63,998 bases of DNA, filler included, from Lama guanicoe (GCA_013239625.1; 77 parts of 72 records of this genome joined end to end with filler, not necessarily neighbours in it), one strand, 5' to 3'. Positions 48,528 to 60,936 are shown, counted from the whole stretch's first letter. The notes: generated by a model not told the origin, from the letters alone. Translations and numbers: made by a program.

Positions 48528-48705
48528 CGTTCCGAGGAGAGAATTCAGCAATGCAGCATCCTCTCCGAGCTCTATGAGTTGATCGGCTTCCACTGCAAAT
48601 CCGCCTCCTTCAAGCGGGAGGCCTCCGTGCAGCGGGCGGCCCCCGCATCCCGGAGTCTGGAGGGAAGGCCTGCTACCGAGTCCTCCTGCAGACGCTTCCT
48701 GGCTA
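48528..48705 (+). pseudogene. TRAPPC9: Diverged, frameshifted copy of a TRAPPC9 (NIBP/Trs120) internal exon with upstream intron
   Basis: Acceptor TTTTCTTCCTGTTCTTCAG|, then [39 protein letters not shown], a 1-nt frameshift at ~48645, then [19 protein letters not shown]. Compare recalled TRAPPC9 [61 protein letters not shown]. Confidence 0.88.
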
Positions 48706-48805
48706 NNNNNNNNNNNNNNNNNNNNNNNNNNNNNNNNNNNNNNNNNNNNTTAATTAATTAANNNNNNNNNNNNNNNNNNNNNNNNNNNNNNNNNNNNNNN
48801 NNNNN

Positions 48806-50531
48806 CACCAACGTTCGGCAGCGCTAGGGTTCTAACGGAATGCCTAAGCTCGCCACCCCTGAGGCTTTTCCTAATGTCTCTGTGCCAGGGAAATATAGGG
48901 TGGTTTGCAGGATATCCCAGTGACCGAGGCTGCCTCCCCAAGGTAAGGGAAGGTACTTCCCGGACTTCCCCGAACAGGGAAATCCTGTGAATGAAGAGAG
49001 ATGCGTGGAGTTGTCTCTCGAGCTCCCCGACGCACTGACAATGGTTCCAGAATCCTGAGCGTGGGGAGGTTCCACCAACGGTCGTCAGCGCGTGGGTTCT
49101 ANNNNNNNNNNNNNNNNNNNNNNNNNNNNNNNNNNNNNNNNNNNNNNNNNNNNNNNNNNNNNNNNNNNNNNNNNNNNNNNNNNNNNNNNNNNNNNNNNNN
49201 NNNNNNNNNNNNNNNNNNNNNNNNNNNNNNNNNNNNNNNNNNNNNNNNNNNNNNNNNNNNNNNNNNNNNNNNNNNNNNNNNNNNNNNNNNNNNNNNNNNN
49301 NNNNNNNNNNNNNNNNNNNNNNNNNNNNNNNNNNNNNNNNNNNNNNNNNNNNNTGCGTGGAGTTGTCTCTCGAGCTCCCGAACGCACTGACATTTGTTAC
49401 GGAATCCTGAGCGTGGGGAGGTTCCACCAACGTTCGGCAGTGCTAGGATCCTAACGGAATGCCTAAGCTCGTCTCCCCTGAGGGTTTTCTTAATTTCTCT
49501 GTGCCAGGGAATTATAGGGTGGTTTTCAGGATTTCCCAGTGACCGAGGCTGCCTCCCCAAGATCAGGGAAGGTATTTCCAGGATTTCCCCGAACAGGGAA
49601 CTCCTGTGAATGAAGAGAGATCCGTGGAGTTGTCTCTCGAGCTCCCCCACGCACTGACAATAGTTCCGGAATCGTGAGCGTGGGTAGGTTCCACCAACGG
49701 TCGGCAGCGCGTGGGTTCTAACGGAATGCCTAAGCTCGTCTCCCCTGAGGGTTTTCCTAATNNNNNNNNNNNNNNNNNNNNNNNNNNNNNNNNNNNNNNN
49801 NNNNNNNNNNNNNNNNNNNNNNNNNNNNNNNNNNNNNNNNNNNNNNNNNNNNNNNNNNNNNNNNNNNNNNNNNNNNNNNNNNNNNNNNNNNNNNNNNNNN
49901 NNNNNNNNNNNNNNNNNNNNNNNNNNNNNNNNNNNNNNNNNNNNNNNNNNNNNNNNNNNNNNNNNNNNNNNNNNNNNNNNNNNNNNNNNNNNNNNNNNNN
50001 NNNNNNNNNNNNNNNNNNNNNNNNNNNNNNNNNNNNNNNNNNNNNNNNNNNNNNNNNNNNNNNNNNNNNNNNNNNNNNNNNNNNNNNNNNNNNNNNNNNN
50101 NNNNNNNNNNNNNNNNNNNNNNNNNNNNNNNNNNNNNNNNNNNNNNNNNNNNNNNNNNNNNNNNNNNNNNNNNNNNNNNNNNNNNNNNNNNNNNNNNNNN
50201 NNNNNNNNNNNNNNNNNNNNNNNNNNNNNNNNNNNNNNNNNNNNNNNNNNNNNNNNNNNNNNNNNNNNNNNNNNNNNNNNNNNNNNNNNNNNNNNNNNNN
50301 NNNNNNNNNNNNNNNNNNNNNNNNNNNNNNNNNNNNNNNNNNNNNNNNNNNNNNNNTCCACAAGTTCAGGGAAGGTATTTCCCGGACTTCCCCGAACAGG
50401 GAACACCTGTGACTGAAGACAGCTGCGTGGAGTTTTCTCTCGAAATCCCCAACGCACTGACAATGGTGACGGAATCCTGAGAGTGGGGAGGTTCCACCAA
50501 AGGTCCGCAGCGCGTGGGTTCTAACGGAATG
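48806..50531 (-). repeat. SatA 267-bp satellite (reverse orientation)
   Basis: GTTCCACCAAC at 49421 and 49688 (267 bp). Confidence 0.95.
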
Positions 50532-51247
50532 NNNNNNNNNNNNNNNNNNNNNNNNNNNNNNNNNNNNNNNNNNNNTTAATTAATTAANNNNNNNNNNNNN
50601 NNNNNNNNNNNNNNNNNNNNNNNNNNNNNNNGTAAAACTTCTCTCCTGTCAGGAGATGGCCAACAGATAATAGAATTAAAGCAACAAACTAAAATTCTAA
50701 GTCTGGTGATTTACAGAAGGCTCCCAGCTTAATGTGTCTTCTTCTGGAAAAGAGGGAGGCTCACCAGCTCTTTAATGTGGAGCCTGAGCCCAGGGGAGGA
50801 CGGTGAAGTGAGCTCTGTAAATACCCAATTAGCAAAGTGAGTGATGAATAAAGTGACGTGAGCTTTGTTGACAGAGATGATGCTACTATTCACTTGTGCT
50901 GTAAAGTATGTCTTCACGTTCAGTGATCAATACTTCAGCGTCCTCAGGGGTTGAGATTATAGGAAAATGCACAGCCCAGGCCCAGACCTCCTCTGTGAGC
51001 TCGTGACACTGCACATAGGTGTCTCAAGGGCAACTCCAACTCCACCTGCAATGAGCTGACATCACAGGGCTCCTCCCATAGCCGTCCTGCCCAGGGGCCC
51101 TGGTAGCCCTGGTCTCAAGGTCACCCTGCCTCTCCCAGCTCAGGCCCATCACTCACAGATGTGACTGGACCCCTCCTTCAGGGCCCAGATTTCCTCAGTC
51201 ACCGAGCCCCACCACCCACACCTGTCCTACCAGGTACTCACTGGCAC

Positions 51248-51352
51248 TCACTCAGCACTGACTGTGTGCTGGGGACCATGCTGCACACTGTACACACGTT
51301 ATTTCACTGGATCTCCACAGCAGTCCTGGGAGGTCGGTACATCACTGCTTTA
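51248..51352 (-). mobile_element. MIR SINE relic
   Basis: CAGCACTGACTGTGTGCTGGGGACCATGCT...TTATTTCACTGGATCTCCACAGCAGTCCTGGGAGGT. Confidence 0.7.
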
Positions 51353-51452
51353 NNNNNNNNNNNNNNNNNNNNNNNNNNNNNNNNNNNNNNNNNNNNTTAA
51401 TTAATTAANNNNNNNNNNNNNNNNNNNNNNNNNNNNNNNNNNNNNNNNNNNN

Positions 51453-52200
51453 GGGTTTTTAACCTACAAACCACAACCATGGAATAAATGTGCCCCTGAA
51501 AAATTCTTTGAGTGTTTCCCTACCTCCAGCACACCCGCGAAGATGTGTTCTGGTATTCTGAGTGTGGGGAGGTTCCTCAAACTGACAGCAGCACCTGGGT
51601 TCTATTAGTATCCCTTAGCTTCTGTTCCCTGAGTGTTCCTTTAGGCCAGGCCATGAGGGAAAGCTGGGGGTTGGGCTTGGAGGCCAAGTAACAGTGANNN
51701 NNNNNNNNNNNNNNNNNNNNNNNNNNNNNNNNNNNNNNNNNNNNNNNNNNNNNNNNNNNNNNNNNNNNNNNNNNNNNNNNNNNNNNNNNNNNNNNNNNNN
51801 NNNNNNNNNNNNNNNNNNNNNNNNNNNNNNNNNNNNNNNNNNNNNNNNNNNNNNNNNNNNNNNNNNNNNNNNNNNNNNNNNNNNNNNNNNNNNNNNNNNN
51901 NNNNNNNNNNNNNNNNNNNNNNNNNNNNNNNNNNNNNNNNNNNNNNNNNNNNNNNNNNNNNNNNNNNNNNNNNNNNNNNNNNNNNNNNNNNNNNNNNNTG
52001 GAATTTTTCAAACTACACCCCTAACCTGGGAACACCTGTGCCCCCATAAAGATCCGTGGAGTCTGTTTCCACACCTCCAGCACACACACGAACACTTGCA
52101 CAGTTATCCTGAGTGTGGGCAGCCTCCTCCAACTGAGAGCAAGGCCTTGGTTCTTATAAATTCTCTTTACTTATCTACCCTGTTTGGTTGCCTGATACGG
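51453..52200. repeat. SatC satellite
   Basis: SatC core. Segments shared with 37694-37929 and 60937-61446. Confidence 0.88.
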
Positions 52201-53648
52201 NNNNNNNNNNNNNNNNNNNNNNNNNNNNNNNNNNNNNNNNNNNNTTAATTAATTAANNNNNNNNNNNNNNNNNNNNNNNNNNNNNNNNNNNNNNNNNNNN
52301 CTGCAGGTGTTCTCATTGGCCCAGAGGGGAATAGAATGAAAGGCAAGGACACAGGGAACTAGACAGACTGCAAGAGGGCCCACTGAGCATGAAAAGGGAG
52401 TCCGAAAAAAGATTTTTGAAATACCCAAAATCAAGTGTAGTGTTGCAAAGGCACGTGGATGCAAAAGGGTCCAAACAAATGTATGCTTACATCTGGCCTT
52501 GAGTTCTTAACGTGATTAACGTGGAAACAATTTCATTTGATGTTTCCTTTTGGTTATCGACTTCTGGATAATCCTCATGAAATCTCAATGATTGAGATAG
52601 GTAGGTAGGAAATACATAATGGTTTCTACCCAGAACTATAAAAGAAATTGCTAAACAAAGAAGGGTTATCACAATACAGTCTGGGTTCAGTGTGTTTTCT
52701 AGCAGGCAAGCACATTCCTTGCCCAAATTAAAAGCAAAATGCAAAATTTCTGGAAAATAAANNNNNNNNNNNNNNNNNNNNNNNNNNNNNNNNNNNNNNN
52801 NNNNNTTAATTAATTAANNNNNNNNNNNNNNNNNNNNNNNNNNNNNNNNNNNNNNNNNNNNGGGAGTCGTCTTCAAGAATATCTTCCTAAAATATAAAGT
52901 AATGAAGAAGAATGAATGAATGAATGAAGAAGTGTGTCTCTTTGGTTGATTTCATTTGACTTGGGTTCATTGTTAAAGATTTTCTGATGAGGATTTTATG
53001 AGCTCTTAAAAGCTGGAAGAGCAGCAATACCAAGGGGAGAAAGTCAGACAAACGTGTCAGCGGCCCCTGTGAGGTCTGGGGGACGAGGGCAGGAGGTGGG
53101 GCAGAGGCAGCACCGTGGCCTCCCCTGCAGGCCTGAGGGCAACGTGCGCATGAAAAGCCAGCGTCTCTTGTCACCATGAGTTCTAACAGGACTCCCACTA
53201 AAGGAATGCGTGGAGATTTGGGGAGGCCTTACCTTTTACCCTCTTGTCAAACATCTTTAATGCTGATTGTATTTATTCAAGATGACACAGAGATCACACC
53301 TGCAGAGCGTGAGGGAGCGGTGCTTGCTTCCTGTCTTGCCCACCCCAGGCTCACTCATCAGACACCTGATTCTTGCAGGCACTGCAGTGCCCGTGGGGGG
53401 AGCTCTGCTCCTGGGGGGTCTCTGCTCCTGTGGTGGGAGTTCTGCTCCTCGGGGAGCTGGGATCGGGAGTGCTCACATTGGAACCGGTCGCACCAGCGTT
53501 GATCCCTCTCCACATGTTGAGCCCTTTGTGTAAGTAGTAGAGGTGGGANNNNNNNNNNNNNNNNNNNNNNNNNNNNNNNNNNNNNNNNNNNNTTAATTAA
53601 TTAANNNNNNNNNNNNNNNNNNNNNNNNNNNNNNNNNNNNNNNNNNNN

Positions 53649-54685
53649 ATAGATCAATCTGAATCAATTATCTGTAGAAAACATAGAGTTGGCTAAACGA
53701 CACATGAAAATATTTTCAGAGTTATAAATTTTTAAGAAAGTTATAAGCCAAAAATGAGACAAGACCTCACACTTGTCAGAAGGCTCTCATCAAAAAGAAA
53801 AGAAATAGATGTTGGTGAGATTGTGGAGAAATATTAACCCCTTGGAAATTGTTGTTAGGAATNNNNNNNNNNNNNNNNNNNNNNNNNNNNNNNNNNNNNN
53901 NNNNNNNNNNNNNNNNNNNNNNNNNNNNNNNNNNNNNNNNNNNNNNNNNNNNNNNNNNNNNNNNNNNNNNNNNNNNNNNNNNNNNNNNNNNNNNNNNNNN
54001 NNNNNNNNNNNNNNNNNNNNNNNNNNNNNNNNNNNNNNNNNNNNNNNNNNNNNNNNNNNNNNNNNNNNNNNNNNNNNNNNNNNNNNNNNNNNNNNNNNNN
54101 NNNNNNNNNNNNNNNNNNNNNNNNNNNNNNNNNNNNNNNNNNNNNNNNNNNNNNNNNNNNNNNNNNNNNNNNNNNNNNNNNNNNNNNNNNNNNNNNNNNN
54201 NNNNNNNNNNNNNNNNNNNNNNNNNNNNNNNNNNNNNNNNNNNNNNNNNNNNNNNNNNNNNNNNNNNNNNNNNNNNNNNNNNNNNNNNNNNNNNNNNNNN
54301 NNNNNNNNNNNNNNNNNNNNNNNNNNNNNNNNNNNNNNNNNNNNNNNNNNNNNNNNNNNNNNNNNNNNNNNNNNNNNNNNNNNNNNNNNNNNNNNNNNNN
54401 NNNNNNNNNNNNNNNNNNNNNNNNNNNNNNNNNNNNNNNNNNNNNAGATGATTATGTGAGTTTTATTTCTCATTCTATTAGTGTGGTGTGTCACCTTTAT
54501 TGAGTTGAATATTTTGAAGTATCCTTAAACCCAGGGATAAATCCCTTTACTCATGTATGTGTATGATACGTTAAATGTGTTGTTGAATTCATTTTGCTTG
54601 TATTTTGTTCAGAATTTTGGTACATATGTACATCATGGAAAATATTCTATATTTTGCTTATAATGTCCTTTCTAGCATTTTCATG
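53649..54685. mobile_element. Old LINE-1 fragments: sense 53649-53862 and antisense 54447-54685 across a gap
   Basis: ACACATGAAAATATTTTCA...ACCTCACACTTGTCAGAAGGCT, and CCAGGGATAAATCCC...TTTTGTTCAGAATTTT. Confidence 0.75.
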
Positions 54686-54785
54686 NNNNNNNNNNNNNNN
54701 NNNNNNNNNNNNNNNNNNNNNNNNNNNNNTTAATTAATTAANNNNNNNNNNNNNNNNNNNNNNNNNNNNNNNNNNNNNNNNNNNN

Positions 54786-55615
54786 TTGAAGAGACTGTCT
54801 TTCCTCCGTTGTATATTCTTGCCTCTTTTATCATTGATTAATTGAGCATACATGTGTGAGTTTATTTCCAGACTTTGTGTCCTGTTCCACTGATCCCATG
54901 TGTCTCTTTTTGGACCAATACCGTGCTGTTTTGATTGTAGCTCTGTAGTATTGTGTGAAGTCTGGGAGGCTTATTTCTCCAGCTTCATTCTTTTTCTTCA
55001 GGAATGCTTTGGTCATTCCGGGACTTCTGTGATTCCATGTAAATTTTAGGATGCTTTTTTGTAGTTCTGTGAAAAATGTCCTGGGTGATTTGATAGGGAT
55101 CACATTAAATTTGTAGCTTGCTTTGGGCAGTGTGGCCATTGGAACATGATTAATTCTTCCAGTGCAAGAATATGGGGTGTCTTTCCATTTCTTGAAGTCC
55201 TCTTTAATTTCCATCGCCAGGGTTTTGTAGGTCTCTGCGTAGAAGTCTTTCAGTTCCTGGGTCCAATGTATTCCTAAGTGTTGTCTTGATATGGATGCCA
55301 TTTTAACAGGGATTATTACTTTCGTGTCAAGAAATGCCACTGATTTCTGTGCGTTGTTGTTGTGTCCTGCTGCCTTGCCAAATTCTTTCCTCAGCTCTAG
55401 TCAATTTTTTTCCTGTGAAGCCCTTTAGGGTTTTCTATGTATATCATGTCACCAGATATAGAGAGTTTTAGCTCTTCTTTTCCAATGTGGATCCCACTTC
55501 TTTCTTGTTCTTGTCCAATTGCTCTAGGAGGACTTCCAATACTCTGTTGAGTAGAAGTGGTGAGCATGGGCATCGTTGTCTTGTTCCCAATTTTAGCAGA
55601 CAGGCTTCCGGCTTT
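54786..55615 (-). mobile_element. LINE-1 ORF2 fragment (RT C-terminal half)
   Basis: The minus-strand ORF contains HLGIHWTQELKDFYAETYKTL...KKWKDTPYSCTGRIN...YKFNVIPIKSP...SLPDFTQYYRA, all L1 ORF2p motifs. Confidence 0.95.
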
Positions 55616-55715
55616 NNNNNNNNNNNNNNNNNNNNNNNNNNNNNNNNNNNNNNNNNNNNTTAATTAATTAANNNNNNNNNNNNNNNNNNNNNNNNNNNNN
55701 NNNNNNNNNNNNNNN

Positions 55716-56178
55716 TTTCAGTATTCTGTATTCTATATTATAAATTCTGTTTTCTGCATTCCATGTCTAAATTATGGGTTCTGTATTCACTTTTATATAT
55801 TCTATATTCTGTGTTCTTCATTCTAGATTCTACATTCTAATTTGTGCATTCCGTATTCTATATTCTATATTCTTTGTTCTAAATTCTATATTGTAAAATC
55901 TATATTCAGTATTCTGTATTCTATATTATAAATTCTGTGTTCTGCATTACATGTTCNNNNNNNNNNNNNNNNNNNNNNNNNNNNNNNNNNNNNNNNNTTT
56001 TTCATTCTAGATTCTACATACTATATTTTACATTCCGTATACTATATTCTATATTCTGTGTGCTACATTCTATATTCTACATTCTATATTCTGCATTTCG
56101 TGTTGTATATTCTATATTCTGTGTGCTAGTTTCTGTATTCTAAATTGTATATGCAGTATTCTGTATTCTATATTCTAA
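55716..56178. repeat. SatB heptamer satellite
   Basis: 7-bp periodicity. Confidence 0.93.
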
Positions 56179-56278
56179 NNNNNNNNNNNNNNNNNNNNNN
56201 NNNNNNNNNNNNNNNNNNNNNNTTAATTAATTAANNNNNNNNNNNNNNNNNNNNNNNNNNNNNNNNNNNNNNNNNNNN

Positions 56279-57145
56279 AATATACAGTGAGAAAGATGCA
56301 TGTTTTCAGTAAAAGAGTTTCGTAAAACAGAAAAATTTCATGCATTATCAGGATTTTAAATATCTAACAAAGTCTAAAAGTTCTTTGTAGCTCCAGCTAA
56401 CTTTGAGATGCTTTAAAGGAAATCTGGGGCATCTTAGATATTAAGTTAACTTGGATATTTTTCATACATTAAGTTAAATATAATCAGTCATAATTCTAGT
56501 AACCGCAAACTAGTCTCTATCGATTACAGATGTTAGTTTAACCATGGCTTTTAAGTCTTTTTGTCGTTACAGACTGTCAGACTGCTGTTACAAAGGTGCT
56601 TCATCTTTAAGAAAATTCATCTGAAGTCCATGGAAACAATGGATTGCAGCAGCCCCAAGACAGATGATGGCCATGTGAGGATCCCAGCCCACCTCCTCAG
56701 CCCTTGGATGCAAAAACAAAAGGCTGTCCTGCCCCTGGGGCCCCTAGCCTAGGCACTCAGAGAGTTTTACTCCCTGATAGGCAGGGTCATCGCCCCTACT
56801 CAGCCCGAAGCAGTTTCAGAAGACGGACCTTCACCCTCTGCAACCCCATAAGAGTATGGGAGTAAAATCTCTTAGGGTGGAGTGAGACAGGAAGGGGGCA
56901 GGGCACAGCCATTCAAGGAATCACACAGCAATTAACACCAGGATGGTCAAAGGGTCAACCCCCAGTAGGCCTTGAGGCTCAAGATGTTGAGAGATTTAAC
57001 TTCTAACAGATCTTGAGCTTCATTATACGCCCATTGTAATATAAGCATGGTGAATGACATGCCCACAGGCCCACGGCGGTCCCAAGGCTGGCCAGGAAAG
57101 GTCAGAGTGGGAAATGGCCAACTCCTTGGGAATCCCAGCCCCTTC
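56279..57145 (+). mobile_element. ERV internal 3' end, PPT-like tract and start of 3' LTR (TGAGACAGG at 56883)
   Basis: CGCCCCTACTCAGCCCGAAGCAGTT...AGAAGA pre-PPT motif, TTAGGGTGGAG, then a TG-initiated U3-like sequence. Confidence 0.7.
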
Positions 57146-57245
57146 NNNNNNNNNNNNNNNNNNNNNNNNNNNNNNNNNNNNNNNNNNNNTTAATTAATTA
57201 ANNNNNNNNNNNNNNNNNNNNNNNNNNNNNNNNNNNNNNNNNNNN

Positions 57246-58153
57246 AGAATACAGAACGCAGAAATTAGAACATGGAATTCAAAACAGAGAAATTGGAATA
57301 TTCAGTACAGAATACAGATTATTGAATATAAAGTTTAGAATGTACAACACAGGATTTCTAATGTAGAATACACAATTCAGCATATAAAATATAGTGTACA
57401 GAATGTAGAACACAGAATATAGAATGTAGAATACAGAATACCGAATTTTGAATGTAGATAACATAATATAGAATATAGAAACCAGAATAGAGAACCCAGA
57501 ATTTAGAACATGAAATGCAGAACACATAATACCAAATATAGAATGCAGAATACAGGATGCAGAACCCAGCATTTAGAACATGGAATTCAGAACACAGATT
57601 TTAGAATATAGAATACAGAAGACAGAATATAGAATGTAGAATATTGAATGTAGAACACAGAATATAGAATATAGTATACAGAATACAGAACCCAGAATTT
57701 AGAGCACGGAATTCAGATCACAGAATTTAGAATACAGGTTACAGAATATAAAATGTAGAATATAGAAATTAGAACACAGAATTTAGAATATATATACAGA
57801 ATACAGAACCCAGAATTTAGAGCACGGAATTCAGATCACAGAATTTAGAATACAGGTTACAGAATATAAAATGTTGAATATAGAAATTAGAACACAGAAT
57901 TTAGAATATAGAATACTGAACACAGAACCCAGAAGTTTGAATATGCAATGCAGAACACAGAATATAGAATATAGAAAACAGAATATAGAACGCATAATAT
58001 AATCATGGAATTCAGAAAACAGAATATAGTATATAGAATGCAGAAATAGAATGTGGAAAATAGAATGTAGAACGCAGTATATAGAATATAGAATACGGAA
58101 TAGGGAATGTAGAATAGAGAATGTAGAACTCAGAATTTGAATATAGAATACAG
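57246..58153. repeat. SatB heptamer satellite with internal ~118-bp tandem duplication
   Basis: GAGCACGGAATTCAGATCAC at 57702 and 57820. Confidence 0.93.
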
Positions 58154-58253
58154 NNNNNNNNNNNNNNNNNNNNNNNNNNNNNNNNNNNNNNNNNNNNTTA
58201 ATTAATTAANNNNNNNNNNNNNNNNNNNNNNNNNNNNNNNNNNNNNNNNNNNN

Positions 58254-59388
58254 TCTGCAAATGAAGAGAAAGTTTATGTTCCCAACAAGCTAGGTGAAGG
58301 ACGGCATTCAAACATGCTTACCTCTCAAAACTGAGCATGTGGAGAGACGTTCATTCATCTAGCACAAAGGTAACAGGTTGCAGGAGAAACACTTACTCTG
58401 GTTTCTCAGTCTGATTCCTATTGCCAGTTTGAAGTTCCTGGAGTTTTCACTGTAAAGCAGAGTTGGAGCTTTTTCTTCCCCATATATATGTATAGAGTGG
58501 AGTCTGCAACAGAACAGAATCTGTGTGTTCCCAACAAGCTAGGTGAAGGANNNNNNNNNNNNNNNNNNNNNNNNNNNNNNNNNNNNNNNNNNNNNNNNNN
58601 NNNNNNNNNNNNNNNNNNNNNNNNNNNNNNNNNNNNNNNNNNNNNNNNNNNNNNNNNNNNNNNNNNNNNNNNNNNNNNNNNNNNNNNNNNNNNNNNNNNN
58701 NNNNNNNNNNNNNNNNNNNNNNNNNNNNNNNNNNNNNNNNNNNNNNNNNNNNNNNNNNNNNNNNNNNNNNNNNNNNNNNNNNNNNNNNNNNNNNNNNNNN
58801 NNNNNNNNNNNNNNNNNNNNNNNNNNNNNTGAGCATGTGGAGAGACGTTCGTTCATCTAGCACAAAGGGAACAGGTTGCAGGAGAAACACTTACCATGGT
58901 TTCTCAGACTGTTTCCAAGTGCAGGTATGAAGTTCCTGCAGTTTTCACCGTCAAACAAATTGAAGCTTGTACCTCCACATATATATGTATGGAGTGGACT
59001 TTGCAACAGCAGAGAAACTTTGTGTTCCCAACAATCTAGTTGAAGGACGGCTTTCACATGCTAAACTCTCAAATTGAGCATGTGGAGAGACGTTGTTTCA
59101 TCTAGCACAAAGGGAACAATTTACAGGAGAAACACTAACTCTCGTTTCTCAGTCTGTTTCCTAGTGCCAGTTTGAAGTTCCTGCAGTTTTCACTGGAAAT
59201 CCGAGTTGGAGCTTGTACCTCCCCATATATATGTATGGAGTGGAATATGCAACTGAAGAGAAACTTTGTGTTCCCAACAATCTAGTTGAAGGACGGCTTT
59301 CACATGCTAAACTCTCAAATTGAGCATGTGGAGAGACGTTGTTTCATCTAGCACAAAGGGAACAATTTACAGGAGAAACACTAACTCT
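58254..59388 (+). repeat. SatD ~246-bp satellite
   Basis: CATATATATGTATGGAGTGG at 58978 and 59224. Confidence 0.95.
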
Positions 59389-59609
59389 NNNNNNNNNNNN
59401 NNNNNNNNNNNNNNNNNNNNNNNNNNNNNNNNTTAATTAATTAANNNNNNNNNNNNNNNNNNNNNNNNNNNNNNNNNNNNNNNNNNNNTCTTTAGGAGAA
59501 ATCTGTATTAGCAATTATGTATTCTAGATAAAAGGCTATTTTCAGAAATAAGATTTGTAAAATATAGTCTCTCATTCTGTGGCTTGTCCCTTACTTTCTT
59601 GAGAATATG

Positions 59610-59940
59610 CTGCCCCAGGGCCTGACATTAACTCTTCCCTCTGCATTGAATCCTCCCTGGACACATACGTGGTGGTCTCCCACCTTCCTTCAGGTCTTGG
59701 CTCAAATGCCTGTTTGTCAGTAAGATCTCCTTGGATCCCTTGCAGTGATCACCAAGTAAGAACAATGATGACAGTCCCATGCATCACCATCCGTCCCACT
59801 TCCCTGCCTCATTTCCCTTCAAGCTTTTATTACCATGTCCATGTAAAGTAGCCTTTTCTGAATTGTCTAATTCTTAACTGAATTGGAAATTTCATAAAGG
59901 ATTTTTTTAATCAGTTTGTTACTACTTTATCCCAAATGTA
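59610..59940 (+). mobile_element. L2 fragment
   Basis: CAGGGCCT...CTTCCCTCTGC...CTCCCACCTTCCTTCAGGTCTTGGCTCAAATG. Confidence 0.7.
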
Positions 59941-60340
59941 ATTCACTTTAATTGCATGAGAAACAATAATATATTTCACTTTATTTTAATAAACCTATGA
60001 CTTTTTCCAAATCTGCATGTGAATGTATATGCCAGCATAGTTCAGTCATTCTTTAGTCGTCTGATAGAAAATTGATTTCTTCATTTTTCTTGGGAAGTAA
60101 CCTTTGGCTTTGGAAGATTTAATAGATAATAATAGATGAAAACCTAAAATAAATAAATAACTACTTCATAAAGACTTAAATGTGGTTACCGGTGGTGCAA
60201 ATTGAGCTGATTGAAGCTTGAGGATGGGTAGATCCTGGGANNNNNNNNNNNNNNNNNNNNNNNNNNNNNNNNNNNNNNNNNNNNTTAATTAATTAANNNN
60301 NNNNNNNNNNNNNNNNNNNNNNNNNNNNNNNNNNNNNNNN

Positions 60341-60836
60341 CCATGTGGTATAAACGTAGAGACATCTAAAATAGGCACATCAGATTCAGCATGTCAAAAT
60401 ACAAGAATAAAGTATTTTGACAGCCAAAAGAGAAAAGTGGCTCAACATATAGAAAGGCTCCTCAGTAAGACAGTTGATTTCTCATCAAAAACCATGGAGA
60501 CCAGAAGACAGTGGATGGTATCGTCAAAGAGATAAAAGGAAAAGACTGTCACCAAGTATTTTATAGCCAGCAAAATGATTCTTTAAAAAAATTAAAGGAG
60601 AAATTAAGACAAAAAACAAAATCTGAAAGAATCCATTGCTAGCAGGCCTGCCCTACAAGAAATACTATGGATAGTCCAGCAGGTGTATATGAAAGGACAC
60701 TTGCCTGAAAAATAAAGAGCACTACTACATGAGTAAAAAAAAAACCAGTATAAATCAAGTATTACATGTAAATGTTTTGCTCTAATTGATGTAAAGGACA
60801 ATTGCATAAAACAATACTTATGAAACTGTGTAGATG
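60341..60836 (+). mobile_element. Old LINE-1 ORF1 C-terminal fragment
   Basis: GATTTCTCATCAAAAACCATGGAGACCAGAAGACAGTGG...AGCAGGCCTGCCCTACAAGAAATACTA. Confidence 0.88.
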
Positions 60837-60936
60837 NNNNNNNNNNNNNNNNNNNNNNNNNNNNNNNNNNNNNNNNNNNNTTAATTAATTAANNNNNNNN
60901 NNNNNNNNNNNNNNNNNNNNNNNNNNNNNNNNNNNN

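Noticed and set aside
42349..48705. Apparent proximity of OR2T1, the TRAPPC9 exon and satellites
   Set aside because: They lie on different contigs joined arbitrarily, so adjacency carries no information.
45607..50463. Recurrent ORFs in SatA (for example LVEPPHAQDSGTIVSAWGSSRDNST)
   Set aside because: The monomer length 267 is divisible by 3 and GC-rich, so frames recur. Stops and indels differ between copies, and there is no evidence of coding constraint.
53649..54685. Sense and antisense L1 pieces suggesting a twin-priming inversion
   Set aside because: The junction lies inside a ~580-N gap and both pieces are old and degenerate, so it cannot be supported.
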